Shown here piece after piece: positions 1-13,822 of a stretch of DNA of 64,000 nucleotides. The notes under the pieces are model-generated. The model made no database searches. It was not told the DNA's origin and was given only the letters and a program-made list of their open reading frames with translations. Each line of letters opens with the position of its first letter. Position 1 is the first letter of the stretch. Both the position numbers and the translations under genes were made by a program. Origin of the DNA: Octopus vulgaris (taxonomy: Eukaryota); the NCBI GenBank assembly GCA_951406725.2, contig OX597814.1, forward strand, positions 211,916,001 through 211,980,000, read 5' to 3'.

Positions 1-756
1 TCGTATAAAATGTCTCACATTATTCATACTATCCCTTTACATTCACCCTTCAGATACCCCTGAGGGCAAATTGCCTTTTATTCTTATGAGTTCAACAACA
101 AAATGGTTACCAAGTTCTAGTGTCAATGTAGATGACTAACTCCTTCTCCTTAAAATTGCTGGTTTTGTTACCCGGATTCGAAACTATTATTTTGCATATT
201 GTAGATATACTTGTTTTCATATTCTAGATATGCATGCTTTTCTTTCAAATTGCATTTAATGGAATAATAATTTGATGGAATAATAATTTTCCTGCATTTT
301 AATTATACCTATAAAAATGGCTCATACAACATCTTGTCTTTTCTTCTGGTAGTACTCCCTCATTTATAGTTTATGCTTCCTAACTCGTGTTCCCATTCGT
401 TGTTTACTGCTATTTATATAAATTAGTCCATTCTCTTGTAAAACGTGTGTTTGAACACTAAAAATAAGCATCCATTATTTAAAAAAAATTAAATTCAACT
501 TCAGAACATGGAGCGAACCGTTTTCTTTTTCACTCACATTCATATTCTTCAGTATCGTGAACATTGATATATCGAAGAGGAATTTATCGATAAGTCTTTA
601 ACTATTGAATTATAAACCAATGGGAGAAAAGCACCACATACTTCGATATATCCTTAAGATTATTCATCAACAATCTTGTTTGGGTGGGACCTGGAAAAAA
701 TCCAGTGGCCATAAAGTTTGTGATAGGATCGAAAATATCTCCCTAGTGTATATAAC

Positions 757-928
757 CGTTTGCATGCCTTTCTGCAACGTAAATATTTCTGCTGTCGTCT
801 AGAGTCTATCTCTTCCACAATTCTGCATGCGTTCCGTCAACAATTAAATTTTATTGAAATACTGAGGTAGAAATCTTAGATTCAACCAGGATATTTGCTA
901 AGTGTTGAAAATGAATACTTGACCAATA
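757..928. repeat. 172-bp direct duplication, copy 1 (copy 2 at 2142-2313)
   Basis: cgtttg(c/t)atgcctttctgc...tacttgaccaata present twice with about 4 mismatches. Confidence 0.95.
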
Positions 929-2141
929 CCGATTATAGCATTGACTCGCTCAATTCCTAGCAATATAAGAAGAAGGAGTTTCCATTATATCAAACTATGA
1001 ATAATTAAATCATAATAGTTATTATAGTCCATTCTGCACTGTTGTGCCATTCAAGACACGTTATATTTCGCATCCCTCTAGTGATTGTAGTAATTTCCTA
1101 TTGTTTCCTGTGCCTCTTAGACGATTCATAGCTCCTTTATTTAGCAGCTTCAGGTCATATTTCATTTAAACAAATCGAAACTGCCTTGGAAAAGACTATC
1201 AATTCATCAACGTTAATATTCCTAGAAACTTTCGAAAACTTGAATTTTCATCTCATACTACTGATAATAGAAAGGAAGTTGTGAAAGTGATTAAAGTCAA
1301 TGCGGTCAGAAATCACAGAAATTCACGTTAATGGATCTATACTAAAGCATATATGACTTTACAAACAAAATCTAAAGCAAAGTGTAAATGTTGATATTGG
1401 TAACGAACATTCATAACGAAATATCCGTGAGTATGAAACTTGATTCCTATATAAAGGTATTTTCTTTCTGATATTATTTTCTACTGAATCTAGGTTCTTA
1501 ATAAAACATTGTGGTTGCTTCGGTCCTGGCCTCCATATGTATAACAAATGTTCCAGTCTCATATGACACAAAATGGCTCTAGTTACTGGCATGATCAGGA
1601 CAACAAAGTATAAAAGGCGCCCAATGTGATGGAGAGACTATGCCTGAGCAACAGATATCTATTCTTGATACGATTTCTTCGCTCTAATCCACATGTTGCA
1701 ACTATGTGTACACCACTAACGCAGACGTAGGGGCTGCTTCTTTGGGGTCGCGTCACTAAAGAAATAAACCTGTTGTTAACAGTGTGTGTGTTATCAAACA
1801 CACGGTGGTATTCTTTTTGGAAAAGTTGTAGAAGCGAACGTAATTGTAAGGCATATGGCAATGACAACAAATGACATAAAAAGCCTTCCTTCAAATAATT
1901 GTATAGAAATTATATTACACTTTAATCATCGAATATTACTTCAGATCGCATGAAACCTACTTTTGGAAATAGTAATATTTAGCTCCATAGGAAAGAGATG
2001 AACTCTACCAGTTAATCAAGCGGGCACTCTACCAAAATCCCTTGGTGTGTTCTGGGGCTGATGCGTCCGTATTCATTTCCAAGCATTGGGCAAATAGAGT
2101 TTAGGATTGTCATTCCTCAAGCCGTCTATTTGTCAGTACAG

Positions 2142-2313
2142 CGTTTGTATGCCTTTCTGCAACGTAAATATTTCTGCTGTCGTCTAGAGTCTATCTCTTC
2201 CACAATTCTCCATGCGTTCCGTCAACAATTAAATTTTATTGAAATACTGAGGTAGAAATGTTCGATTCAACCAGGATATTTGCTAAGTGTTGAAAATGAA
2301 TACTTGACCAATA
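2142..2313. repeat. 172-bp direct duplication, copy 2
   Basis: Matches 757-928. Confidence 0.95.
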
Positions 2314-3087
2314 TCCCACTGAAGCTAGCTTTGCCACCGAAATGCTTTGTGGCGTATCATCTGAATTTGAAACAGAGAAGAGAAATGCCTGGTGGTATTA
2401 TATTCTCGAGTTTCGCGAACGACGTAACCATTGACAAGCTTCAATATGTTTACTAAATCTCAGGCAAAAATATTTAACTCTGCTTTCATAAAGGGTCATG
2501 TTTCTGAAGGTGTATTTTATGAACTCTTTGTGCGACTCCGTTTGCAATAGAGGTGTCACTGACTTGTTTACACTATAGGGTTTGTTCTCCGTCGGTTCCC
2601 GTTGCAACGAGCGATAAGCCAGAATTCACCAAGTCTAGCATATGAACATAGAACTCATAGTGCATTTCTTAAAAATGCGACTATTTCTCCCTTACACAAC
2701 GGCTCAATTCATTCGATTCTACGTTCATGTAACACGAAGTTTCATATTATTTTCCCTTGGTTCGAGATTGGGTGACGTATACATCTGAACTCATCGTCTC
2801 CAGTCTAGAGTAGACTGAGATCAGGTTGGAATGTGTTGCTGGATAAACACCCAAGTTTGTTTGGAAGTGGTGCACACTTTTCAGCTGCAATACTTTGGGA
2901 ATGTAATTGTACTCCTCTGCTTCATGTTTCAGTATTGACCTTTCCTAGACTTCATGTTTCAAGTGATCGCGAGCCATTTTCGTTGATAGAAATACGTTCA
3001 TGAAACCCTCGATATATGCATGTTCTAAACTTCTCACCAATTTTGTCTCTTCGCTGATATCATGTGGCTCTGATATCATGTGGATAT

Positions 3088-3279
3088 CATTCACTGTATA
3101 TAAACGTATACTGAAATGTGAATTTCAAAGTATCGAACACACGCTGTGTGCTGCTTCAGTAATAGAAGTATCTTCTGTAATAGTTTACTGGTTGAAAACT
3201 AGTATAATTATAACTAGTTTGGCTTTTATCTCACTGATGTAATTTTGCTGCAGAGTTATATCTGTAAGTGACACTGGAA
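3088..3279. repeat. ~190-bp direct duplication, copy 1 (copy 2 at 6096-6287)
   Basis: catt(c/t)actgtatataaa...gtgacactggaa present twice with about 5 mismatches. Confidence 0.95.
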
Positions 3280-4874
3280 GCAAATCTCTTATGTACAATT
3301 TAGCGGAATCATGGTCAGCTTCTGCTGACTGCTGCTGTCATTTGTTGCTTATCCAGTTAGCTAATGTTATTCCTTAAATCGTCTCACTTTCAAAGGGAAC
3401 CTATCTGATTCAAGCTGTTGGTCCATGGCTTTACGAAGTTGGTAGTAGAGATAAAAATAAAAACTGCGGTTGCTTGTTGACAAATATCTGAAAGTGACAA
3501 TAATGTACACTCATAAACTCTACTAAAGTGAGGAATATCCTATGCCCAGAAAAAATGCTTCATCACATATATATTCATATTGGTACATATAGGAGATTAA
3601 ATTAGCTAAATGGACCCCAAGAACATTTGTTAGTCATTTGCACGCACACTCATTTTGGTGAATCCCACACAAACACTACGGGTGGCGAAAATGCCTTTCA
3701 AATCGCTCATATAACCACTGATCCAGCTTTTCGCTCAAGGCGACTAAAGGAATATGTTTTCCCAGCTTGATTCGAGTTATAACCTTGCTGAAGTATGCGG
3801 GTAATGGCACCGGGCTCACCATTCATCACGTCTAAGAAGTAAGTAAAGTAGCCTAGGGGTCTACATGTAATACCATCTGTCTCACAGTTCTTCATGTCAA
3901 CGAAGTAACTGCAGTGGCTAAAATTATTGCTCTAATCAAAAGTGTTACCAGTAGAGATGTGGAGAGGGCCTGCACACCAACACTTGTGCTGCTGTTAATA
4001 TATTGCATTTGCTTATTTCAGCCAACCCAAGAAACGCATCCAAACTTTGAAGAAATTTGTAGGTGGTGCGTTTACCATTGAAATATTTAAAACATATTCC
4101 ATGTGTAATTCTTATTTTGTTGTCAGTTTTCTGTTGCTTCACTTCTTGTACTTCCTACTGTTGATTCGTTTTTATTGTTACATTCGTTATAGGGTACTTT
4201 TTCCTTGATTTTGCTGTTTCTTTATGTAGTTGATGTTGTGCTTTTGGATTTTGCCATCTTTTGTTACCTCTTTTGTACTGCTAAGATAAGTTTTTTTTAT
4301 CTCAATATACTTCACGTAGACGTTAAAAAAATATTTGGGTTTTAGGGATCAGGGTACTGAAATCACCTATGTGTGTGTGCGCGCGTGTGTTTGTTTGTTT
4401 GTGTGTGTGTGTGTGCATTTAAAGGCATATATGTGTGTTTATGTTTCTGTTTGTCACCCACCGTCACTTGACAACCGATGTTGATCTGTGTACATCCCCG
4501 TTCGGTAGAAACAAGTAGTATGAATACCACACTTAAAAATAAGTGCTTTAACGCAGTGCCCCAGCATGGCCGGAACGTAATGACTGAAACAAAAAGAAAA
4601 TGACCGATAAGTAAATTATAGTAAATTTTAACGTAGGTCTTTTTCTTCCTTGGGAATATGACTGACATAGAGAAAATTCTCAATAACTCAGACACCTCAT
4701 TCTGTATAACGTTTGCTGTCATACGAATCAACATACGCCCCCCCCCCACCATAAACACGCGCATGCGTAGGACTGCCAACACAAATTCAGAAGCATTTCA
4801 ATATAGGACTTGATAGCCTAATGCGTTAGCTTTACCGTGCGTTGCAGGTAGCATTTCTAAACCAATCGTCAACA

Positions 4875-5283
4875 GCAGGAGTGGCTGTGTGGTAAGTAGC
4901 TTGCTAACCAACCACATGGTTCCGGGTTCAGTCTCACTGCGTGGCATCTTGGGCAAGTGTCTTCTGCTATAGTCCCGGGCCGACCGATGCCTTGTGAGTG
5001 GATTTGGTAGACGGAAACTGAAAGAAGCCTGTCATATATATGTATATGTATATATATGTATGTGTGTGTGTTTGTGTGTCTGTGTTTGTCCCCCTAGCAT
5101 TGCTTAACAGCCGATGCTGGTGTGTGTTTCCGCCCCCGTCACTTAGCGGTTCGGCAAAAGAGACCGATAGAATAAGTACTGGGCTTACAAAGAATAAGTC
5201 CCAGGGTCGATTTGCTCGACTAAAGGCGGTGCTCCAGCGTGGCCGCAGTCAAATGACTGAAACAAGTAAAAGAGTAAAGAGAG
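4875..5283 (+). mobile_element. tRNA-derived SINE, family A
   Basis: Head ggagtggctgtgtggtaagtagcttgc...gggttcagtc (A/B-box-like), internal TA/TG tract, (aagagta)n tail; multiple copies in window. Confidence 0.9.
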
Positions 5284-5576
5284 CTCAATAAGAGAGATGT
5301 GAAACTCCATATATTACGCGCAAATTTAGATATATGAATGTCTCCATAGTCACCGCAGTGTATATAGAAATTCGTAAGCAAATTTCGGGCATCTGGGATA
5401 CTTAAATATCTGAAAGATATATTTCTCGGTACAGAGACAAGTATTTTGCGCGGTCACTAAAGTAATCCGAAATAATATAAATAAACTCGGGCAACACATT
5501 TTTTTTTATCAAAGACGATATGAAAAAGACATTTGCTCATTCTGGGCATGCGTATTCAATTACACATCAACTCGAG

Positions 5577-5764
5577 TGGAGGCACAATGGTCTAGTGGTT
5601 AGGGTAGCGGACTCGCGGTCGTAAGAACGCAGATTCGATTCCCAGACCGGTCATTGTGAGTGTTTATTGAGCAAAAAAACCTAAGCTCCACGGTGCTCCG
5701 GCAGGGGAGTGTGGTGAACCCCGCTGTACTCTTTCACCACAACTTTCTCTCACTCTTTCTTCCT
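5577..5764 (+). mobile_element. tRNA-derived SINE, family B (3'-truncated)
   Basis: tggaggcacaatggtctagtggttaggg...ttcgattccc head shared with the 14522 and 31465 copies. Confidence 0.85.
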
Positions 5765-6075
5765 ACATCTGCCAAAAAGCAGAGGAACCATGGTGTAACC
5801 CACTATGGTGTGGTAAACTTTCAGACCCTAGTCTAGATTACGAATCATCTGTATCCCAGGATGGTTCAGCTCTCCACCCGTTAAACGCCACCGTTTACGG
5901 AATGAGGATAACAGCGTAACTTTCACGCCCATGCAACCGCCAGTCTCTCGCGTGTGGGAAGTGGATCTTTAAGTTGCCACACGCATTCTTAGTAGCTTAG
6001 AGTAGGCTCGAATTAGAGATTATTCTTTGTGGCTAATGGCATGAGTCCTGATTGGAAGAAGAAGAAGAAGAAGAA
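5765..6075 (+). mobile_element. Probable retroelement 3' end with (GAA)n tail
   Basis: GC-richer segment ending abruptly in a GAA repeat; family not identified. Confidence 0.35.
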
Positions 6076-6095
6076 ATCAACGCGAAAACGTTAAA

Positions 6096-6287
6096 CATTT
6101 ACTGTATATAAATGTATACTGAAATGTGAATTTCAAAGTATCGAACACACGTTGTGTGCTGCTTCAGTAATAAAAGTATCTTCTGTAATAGTTTACTGGT
6201 TGAAAACTCGTATAATTATAACTAGTTTGGCTTTTATCTCACTGATGTAATTTTGCTGCAGAGTTATATCTGTAAGTGACACTGGAA
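6096..6287. repeat. ~190-bp direct duplication, copy 2
   Basis: Matches 3088-3279; on the minus strand bounded by ttccag and gtaaat. Confidence 0.95.
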
Positions 6288-7435
6288 ATGATTTTATGAG
6301 AATTTGACATGTCTTATGCGTTTTTCACATGTTATCATTAACAGTATTATGGATGCTTGATCTAGGATTTTAATACTAAAGAATCATTTACATAACAGAA
6401 ATAAATCTCGTAGTTAGTTTTGATTTTCTTCAACATCAATTTCTTTTCAGCTACGGTTAAAACTAACTTCCTTTAGTGTAGGCAGAAAATGTGAAATCGT
6501 TGTTGATGAAGTTAGCTAACACATTAATGACGTAGGCGAAGTAGAATTAAAACGGTATTACTTTCTTTTCCATTTACCAGAAAGTTACCTAAAGATCTAT
6601 TGTTTTTCAGAGATTGTTAAACAAAAATAAATACTAATTCATCCAAAATGTTTATAATCGTATCAACCACTTAATACATGCAAGTGGGATCCCTTAGAAA
6701 GTTAGAAGCCAAAATTCTAATTATAAGTGTTATTTGAAATTTGCCATATAATCTATTTTATTTTAAAATTGTATGACATTTCATAATATACTGATTAATT
6801 AGATGATTGGTTTTCAAAGTAATTATTGTTGCACATTTATGGCAAAAATTTAATAGATATTTTACTGCTCGTTTAAGAAAAAATGAGATTGCATTTTTTT
6901 ATTAGCGAATAAGGTAGAATAGTTATTCGATAAAATCTACGAAATGTGTAAGAATATTTTTAAATCATTGATACCAATGAAAAAGACTTGATCTAACAAG
7001 TTTTTCTCACGGAAAAGTGTTTTTAAAATTGTTTTTCCGAACAGAATTATATGAATATTGGTTACAGACTTTGTCTTATAGACACATTAACGTCGGTTTA
7101 AGAGTTACTACGAATTTAGTGTTTCTTCTTACACCATTATTGGCACCGAGTGAGGAAATTACATTTTAGGCCATTAACACATATCAAATGAATATAAAAC
7201 TCTTGCATAAAATACACTGTTTTAGTGACTTAGTGTCTTTTGTTTTATATATATATTTGGTTATTGTATTTTACATGAAATCATAAGTGGTTTTTGCTCA
7301 TGCATTTGTCCAATATAAATTTGTGCGAACATATATTGTGTGAATATATTTTCACACATTACTATATATTAATTTGTTTTGTATTGTATCGCCTCTTTTA
7401 TTTCTTAAGTTCACAAAACGTTTGCAAGTCGAAAG

Positions 7436-7747
7436 TTAGGATATTTCCAAATCAATCGGACAATCACTAAATTTGGTGGCTTTATACTTTTTGTATGATT
7501 GTTTCAATAAAATTTTCTTTCGTAGATTTGTGTTATCAATTTTACGAACAGCTTTACTCCGAGTTGATTTACGTTTCAGATCTCGTAATTTCTCACGAGT
7601 TAATTTTAAAAACATCTGCCTTTGATGCTTTTGCAGCTGGCGTAATTTTCTGATAAATCGTCGCTCTCGTGTGAGAAATTTTAGATTTAAATGCGCCTTT
7701 TTCATTTCCCTTTGAAAACACAAACAAAGTTTCTTCCATAATGTTAC
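7436..7747 (-). CDS. Terminal exon of minus-strand gene; basic K/R-rich C-terminus (VTLWKKLCLCFQREMKK...DLEIS*)
   Basis: Acceptor tatttattttcag|GTA, open for 103 codons to TAA in very AT-rich DNA, AATAAA at 7397-7402 (minus); phase 0 matches the donor at 13823. Confidence 0.65.
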   Translation of the reverse strand, partial: VTLWKKLCLCFQREMKKAHLNLKFLTRERRFIRKLRQLQKHQRQMFLKLTREKLRDLKRKSTRSKAVRKIDNTNLRKKILLKQSYKKYKATKFSDCPIDLEIS

Positions 7748-8779
7748 CTGAAAATAAATATAAACAAATAATATATACATTAAGTTTAGTAATAATTCAA
7801 ATCAGATTTTATATATAAAGAAGTCATATAGTGTGTATAAAATGACTGCTGAGTTTGCGATTCCTCGTGCGATCAAATATATCTTCGTCTGTGTAATTAT
7901 ATCTGCACGTTAATGCCTCTTTACCTGTTTTGATTATGGAAATTTTATGCATACGTACAGACGCACATATACAAACGTAACCAAAAATCTCTACTACCTT
8001 GTATTGAGGGGGAATACATGACGGGAGATTTCTCTGGCTCTTTTACGTTTCATCTCTCGAAACTCAAATTTCTATGGGAATACATTTGCTACAACTACAA
8101 ACTTATTTCCACCTAGCATTAGTATTTCAAAAAATATCACTTTAAAATAAATTTCCTATTCAGGATTAGTGAAATAATTAGAGAATAAATATCAGCGTTA
8201 TGTCTCATACTTAACTGGTAAATTCTAGTTAACTGTTCTACATGATGTTGTCATCAAGAATGACGTTTTAGTTCGTATGTAGCATTAGTATTGCTCAACA
8301 TTTAATGTCATTAGCATAAAAAGACATATTTTGCATGCTTATTTATTTTAGATACTCTATGATATTTTATAATTATTAAACGACCATGAGTTTGCAGTTG
8401 GCACTAACACTGAACATTTGATCATAACATATTCTTGAAGCATACTATCAATGTTCATATCTAATGTTTGTGGATTTTAAGATATATGTATGACATAATA
8501 CTGGTGCTCTCTCAATACATACATTTTAGTATGTTGCTAAATACTTCTGTACAACATGGTACGCAAAAAAACAGCTCTCTATATGTGTGTGTGTGTGTGT
8601 TTGTGTGTGTACGTCTGAATGGGAACCTGAAGAATCTTTCTGTGTACAATCATGCAATATACGTTGTACTTATAGACACATCTGTCTGCAGACATAAATA
8701 ATACCTCACTGTGGATTTGCGTTATACATCCTGGAAGATACCACACCAGCAACTCAGATAATACTTACGCATAGTGCAT

Positions 8780-10830
8780 TTAAAGCAATTTAATGACAGC
8801 AACAAATCCCTCGTGAAAGAGATGGAAAATATATTCAGACTCTTTAATAAAAAGTCAAACGTAAGGGTACAAATAATAACCGGGGCGGTGGAAAGTAATA
8901 AAAATGAATCTTAGAGCATTCTACAGGTTTAAAAAGGAATGGCCTGTGGTTAAATACATGGTAAGTTCATTGTTTGAAGAAGAGAGTTCACTAACTGCAG
9001 ATCCCAGGAAGATATTGGAGTGTTAAATAAATCATTTCAAAATGTATTCACTTCTCCATTAGGACATATGATAAGTTTGGAACACCGTATATCTCTATGG
9101 AAAAGAGCCAACCATAGATTAAATTGATTTAAATTTGAAGATGAACCCGGAATTAGCAACGGGTCCAGAGCTATTTCTGGCTGGTTGTGTAAAGCCATGC
9201 AGGAAGGCCAACGCAAAATCAATTCGGATACATTTTTCAGAATTTCTTTACATGTGGAAAACGATCGAAAACCGTGAAAAGAAGGTATAATATGCCCTGG
9301 CCATAAAGGAAAAAGCAGAGCAGATACCAAAGACGTCTGGTTGACTGCTCTGACATCAAATGCTAGCAAGGTCACGAAATGCACTTTCAGACGGAGATGG
9401 ATCTTGGAAGAAAATAACTTGCTCACAAATATGCAACATAAATTACGTCCAGGGAGGAGCTGCTTCACACAGCATCTACAGCATTATGATTAGGTACTCA
9501 AACAGCAGTTCAACCACTCAAATGCAGATGTGAGGTATCTCGACTTTGCTAAGGACATCGGCAATGTTGATCATAGGATGATATAACTCAAACTGTAAGA
9601 CCTTGGTATCACTGTTAACCAAGATCAATGGCTGCATCACATTTTTAAAGGCAAAAATCAGACAGTGTTTCTCTAGGGGTGTATCAACTCTCAGCAGATT
9701 CTTTCAAGGAGATCTATAGGGAAAGCTGCTGTTCGTCGTGTCTCTCTCAGACATGCTGTCAATCGTGCAGTCAGCTATTCTTAATAGTTATGCTGGTGAT
9801 GCAAACCTTTCACATGCAGTCAAGAAACCCAATGACTTATAAAAAAAAAGACACAACAGCAAAAAGACCTGAATGCAGTATACATGTAGGCTGGTGAAAA
9901 CTTACAAGCATTTCAATGATGATAATTTCCAAGCTCTGCAAAACACAGACCACAAATGTAATACACTGTACGAGGGTGTTTTGCGATAACCAGACGAAGT
10001 CTCGGTGTGTGACAAAGGAACCCACATGAGTAATGCAATATTTCATGTGCATATTTATTTCTTTATTGTTTATAAGGGACTAAAAAAAGAGGTGACAAAC
10101 AGGAACAAACAGGGGGATTGAGTCGATTACATCGACTCCAGTGCATAGCTGGTACTTTTTTAATCGACTCCGAAATGATGAAAGGCAAAGTCAACCTCGG
10201 CGGTATTTGAACTTAGAACGTAAAGACAACGTAATACCGCTAAACATTTTGCCCGGTGTGCTAACGTTTCTGCCACCTCACCTTATTCCATGTGCATATT
10301 ACCAGGATGACAACCCTGTATAGGCAAGGAGCTGGATGCATTCTGAGATAATTCTGAACTCAGAAAAAGGATACCATGTGACTAATTTGGACAATTATGT
10401 TCTCAGACTTCTGGATTATTAATCCCAACTGCAGTACACACAGAGCGTTAAATTGGTGGAGGAACTTAAGGCAATCGAGATACACTACATAAAAAGACAA
10501 TTGACTCGGTAAAACAGATACGCAACCGAGGGTGGATAAAGGAACTGAAGCTCTACTCATTAGAGAGAAGACGTTAAGAATAAGAAATGATATGAAAGAT
10601 CCTGGAGGTTCTACCTCAAGGCATCGAAAATGTAAGCTATAACAACCAACGAACGGAACCTTACTGCATATAACCAAAGTGCCTGACCTCTCAATGTAGA
10701 TAAGGGACAATTACTGTAATATTTAAGCACAACTATTGAAAATTCTGCCAAGCAGCATGAGAGTTTTACGCGGTGCACTGTCATGGTCTCAACCTCTTGG
10801 GAAACAGACCAGTAACTTAATGTCTTAGGT
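8780..10830 (+). mobile_element. Decayed CR1-like LINE (RT region), interrupted by a SINE
   Basis: YLDFAKDIGNVDH at ~9535 (YLDFAKAFDKVDH-type motif), YAGD at ~9790 (YADD), CR1-like C-terminal remnants at 10330-10700. Confidence 0.75.
10058..10285 (-). mobile_element. SINE family D (short)
   Basis: gtcgattacatcgac...gaaaggcaaagtcaacctcggcgg...ttctgcca; copies at 18212, 24655, 30262, 60643. Confidence 0.85.
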
Positions 10831-10876
10831 ATTTTTCTCTATCTTTCTCTCCCTCACCCCCTAACTATATATATAC

Positions 10877-10927
<51 letters not shown>

Positions 10928-10934
<7 letters not shown>

Positions 10935-11153
10935 ACCGACCAGACAATCAGATGTTGTTAGCCTTCGAACGACGCCACCCCGCTGGCAAAGCGAGCAGGC
11001 CAACAGAAGAAAGAGTGGTGGAAGAGTACAACAGGGATCACCACCCACTGCCGCAGCGTCGTGGATCTTGTTAGGTGTTTTTCGGTCTGGGAATCGAAAC
11101 CACGATCCTGCGACAAGTCCGCTGCTCTAACCACTATGCCATTGCGCCTCCAC
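10928..11153 (-). mobile_element. SINE family B, alternative-tail variant, in (TA)n
   Basis: Family B head (ccattgcgcctccac on +) with an end reading ...ggtcggtcacgtga; flanked by TA tracts. Confidence 0.85.
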
Positions 11154-11154
11154 T

Positions 11155-11287
<133 letters not shown>

Positions 11288-11544
11288 ACGACAGAGTAAG
11301 AGCGACAGGCAGACAGACAGACAACAGAAAGCTGTTTCTTAAGAAGCGGTGCTCAGTAGCAGTCTTTGAGCCCAGTTAAATGTAACAAACTACTTCAACT
11401 CGTTGTTTGTATATTCACATAAATGGACAGAAAACAGGCTATTCAGTACCAGCATTGAGTAGTAATAACTGCTATAATGTACTTATAAATGCATACAGAT
11501 ATATGTATGTACATGCGTACATACATTCACATACATATATATAT

Positions 11545-11591
<47 letters not shown>

Positions 11592-11615
11592 AGAGAGAGA
11601 GAGAGATAGATAGAT

Positions 11616-11915
<300 letters not shown>

Positions 11916-11929
11916 TATATATATATATA

Positions 11930-12258
11930 AAAGACCCCCTTCGGTCATGAATGACCATGGGATTGCACCTAGAAAGTTACCCTCCTAGACACAAGTCCGG
12001 GCAAGGTTGTTTATGGAAGACCAGCAGTCGCCCATGCATACCAGCCTCCCCTCTCCACGCCACCAGTGTTATCCAAGGGAAAGACAAAGGTCGATACAGC
12101 TTGGCACCAGTGACGTCGCAACTCATTTCTACAGCTGAGTGAACTGGAGCAACGTGAAATAAAGTGTCTTGCTCAAGAACACAACACGCAGCCCGGTCCG
12201 GGATTCGAGCTCACAACCTCACGATCGTAAGCTCGACGCTCTAACCACTGAGCCATGC
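11930..12258 (-). mobile_element. tRNA-derived SINE, family C
   Basis: Minus-strand head gcatggctcagtggttagagcgtcg; near-identical to 44561-44860. Confidence 0.9.
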
Positions 12259-12305
12259 GTATATATATACATATATATATATATACATATATACATACAT
12301 ATATA

Positions 12306-12346
<41 letters not shown>

Positions 12347-12348
<2 letters not shown>

Positions 12349-12633
12349 ATGATCACGTGACCGACCAGACCATCACATGTTGTTACACATCGCTGGTCAC
12401 AATGCGTTCGCATTGTTTTAGCCTTCGAATGACGCCACCCCGCTGGCTAAGCGAGCAGGCCAACAGAAGAAGTGGGCGAAAGAGTGGTGAAAGAGTACAA
12501 CAGGGATCACCACCCCCTGCCGGAGCCTCGTGGAGCTTTTTAGGTGTTTTCGCTCAATAAACACTCACAACGCCCGGTCTGGGAATCGAAACCGCGATCC
12601 GCTACCCTAACCACTGGGCCATTGCGCAGCCAC
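12347..12633 (-). mobile_element. SINE family B, alternative-tail variant
   Basis: Same head and tail as the 10928 copy; adjacent to (TA)n. Confidence 0.85.
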
Positions 12634-13445
12634 TATACATATACACACACACACACACACACACATGTATATGCAACCATATACCCACACTTCATCTATA
12701 TGCATAGTCTGAGACACCTTGCCAAACGGACAACTCATTTTCCTTTTCTTCGTAAAAGTATATTTAAAAGTGTATATTAAAAATTATACATGTATCTAAT
12801 ATTGATTACTGGAATGTATTTCACTTTGTAATCTCTTACAATGAAAAAAATTATTAGGTAAAATTTACATGAATGCAGCACAGAATAAAATCAATTTTTA
12901 ATTCTTTTATTGGAATTCTTCTTCAAATCAGCATATAGCTTTTCAGTTATTGATTACGAAGAGACTAATTGCTAATTACGTTACACAAAATTGTAAATTG
13001 AAAGATTAAAACCCTTGCAACGATTGAAAAATATTATTTGAGCAAATGAAATTTAAGATACGAGAAGCATATTACTGTAAAAAGTATATGTAATAATTCC
13101 ACTGCCATAAAAAATTATCAGCATTTATCCGAACACATGCGTACATACATAGATAGATACATACAAACATATAAAGATAAGCTTATATATACATATTCAT
13201 ACGTATATACACAAACATTATATATGCTTATACTCACACACACACGTATACACACATACATATTTATTATTAAGGTGGCTTGTTCGCAATTTACAACCAA
13301 AGGGTTCAAACATCGCCGTCACTAATGTGACTGAGAGCGGTAGTCAGCACCAGCATTGCTAGAGATAAGAGTCAGAACAACCCTTAGCCACGAAGAAGTA
13401 CTTATCTAATGACTGATATGTATGTATGTATATATATGTATCTCA

Positions 13446-13528
<83 letters not shown>

Positions 13529-13822
13529 CATCTATATATACATATGTGTGTGTGTGTTTGTGTTCTTCAGTAGCTAACTTGGAAATTTCCTTCTAGTCTC
13601 AGAACTCATCATAAAAGTCCACATATTATAGTATGTATTCCCAAGATATGCGCGATTCTTTTTAATTGATTTATTTTGGCAATGTATTCTTGAAAATTAT
13701 ATTCTATATCTGTTTCTAATCATTGGAGGTGATAGCAATCTACTATATTATTTATTCTAACACAAATAGCTTCTAGCATATAATTTTTCTACCGTAGGTA
13801 TTGTTAGAAAAATTCTCTTTAC

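Larger units (their letters stand above)
930..4282 (-). other. Repeat-free, coding-like but stop/frameshift-ridden block of unknown origin
   Basis: 3.3 kb without microsatellites or SINEs; a chain of short minus-strand ORFs (3945-4142, 3707-3895, 2398-2607, 1595-1894, 1359-1592); no recognisable domain. Confidence 0.3.

Noticed and set aside
2340-2380. Bunyavirus-type RdRp motif C (SDD) as a called feature
   Set aside because: Motifs A, B and D were not found at the expected spacing; kept only as a low-interest lead.
4875-4950. tRNA genes at SINE heads
   Set aside because: The tRNA-like A/B boxes run into SINE bodies and tails; no complete cloverleaf.
930-6287. Spliced retrocopy inserted in its own intron
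   Set aside because: Homology extends past the putative donor, the expected intervening exons are absent, and the 757-928 copy lacks an AG acceptor.
7436-7747. GPCR C-terminal tail (helix 8 plus Cys)
   Set aside because: The upstream exons show no seven-transmembrane pattern.
9037-9468. 143-aa minus-strand ORF
   Set aside because: Antisense to the CR1-like LINE remnant.
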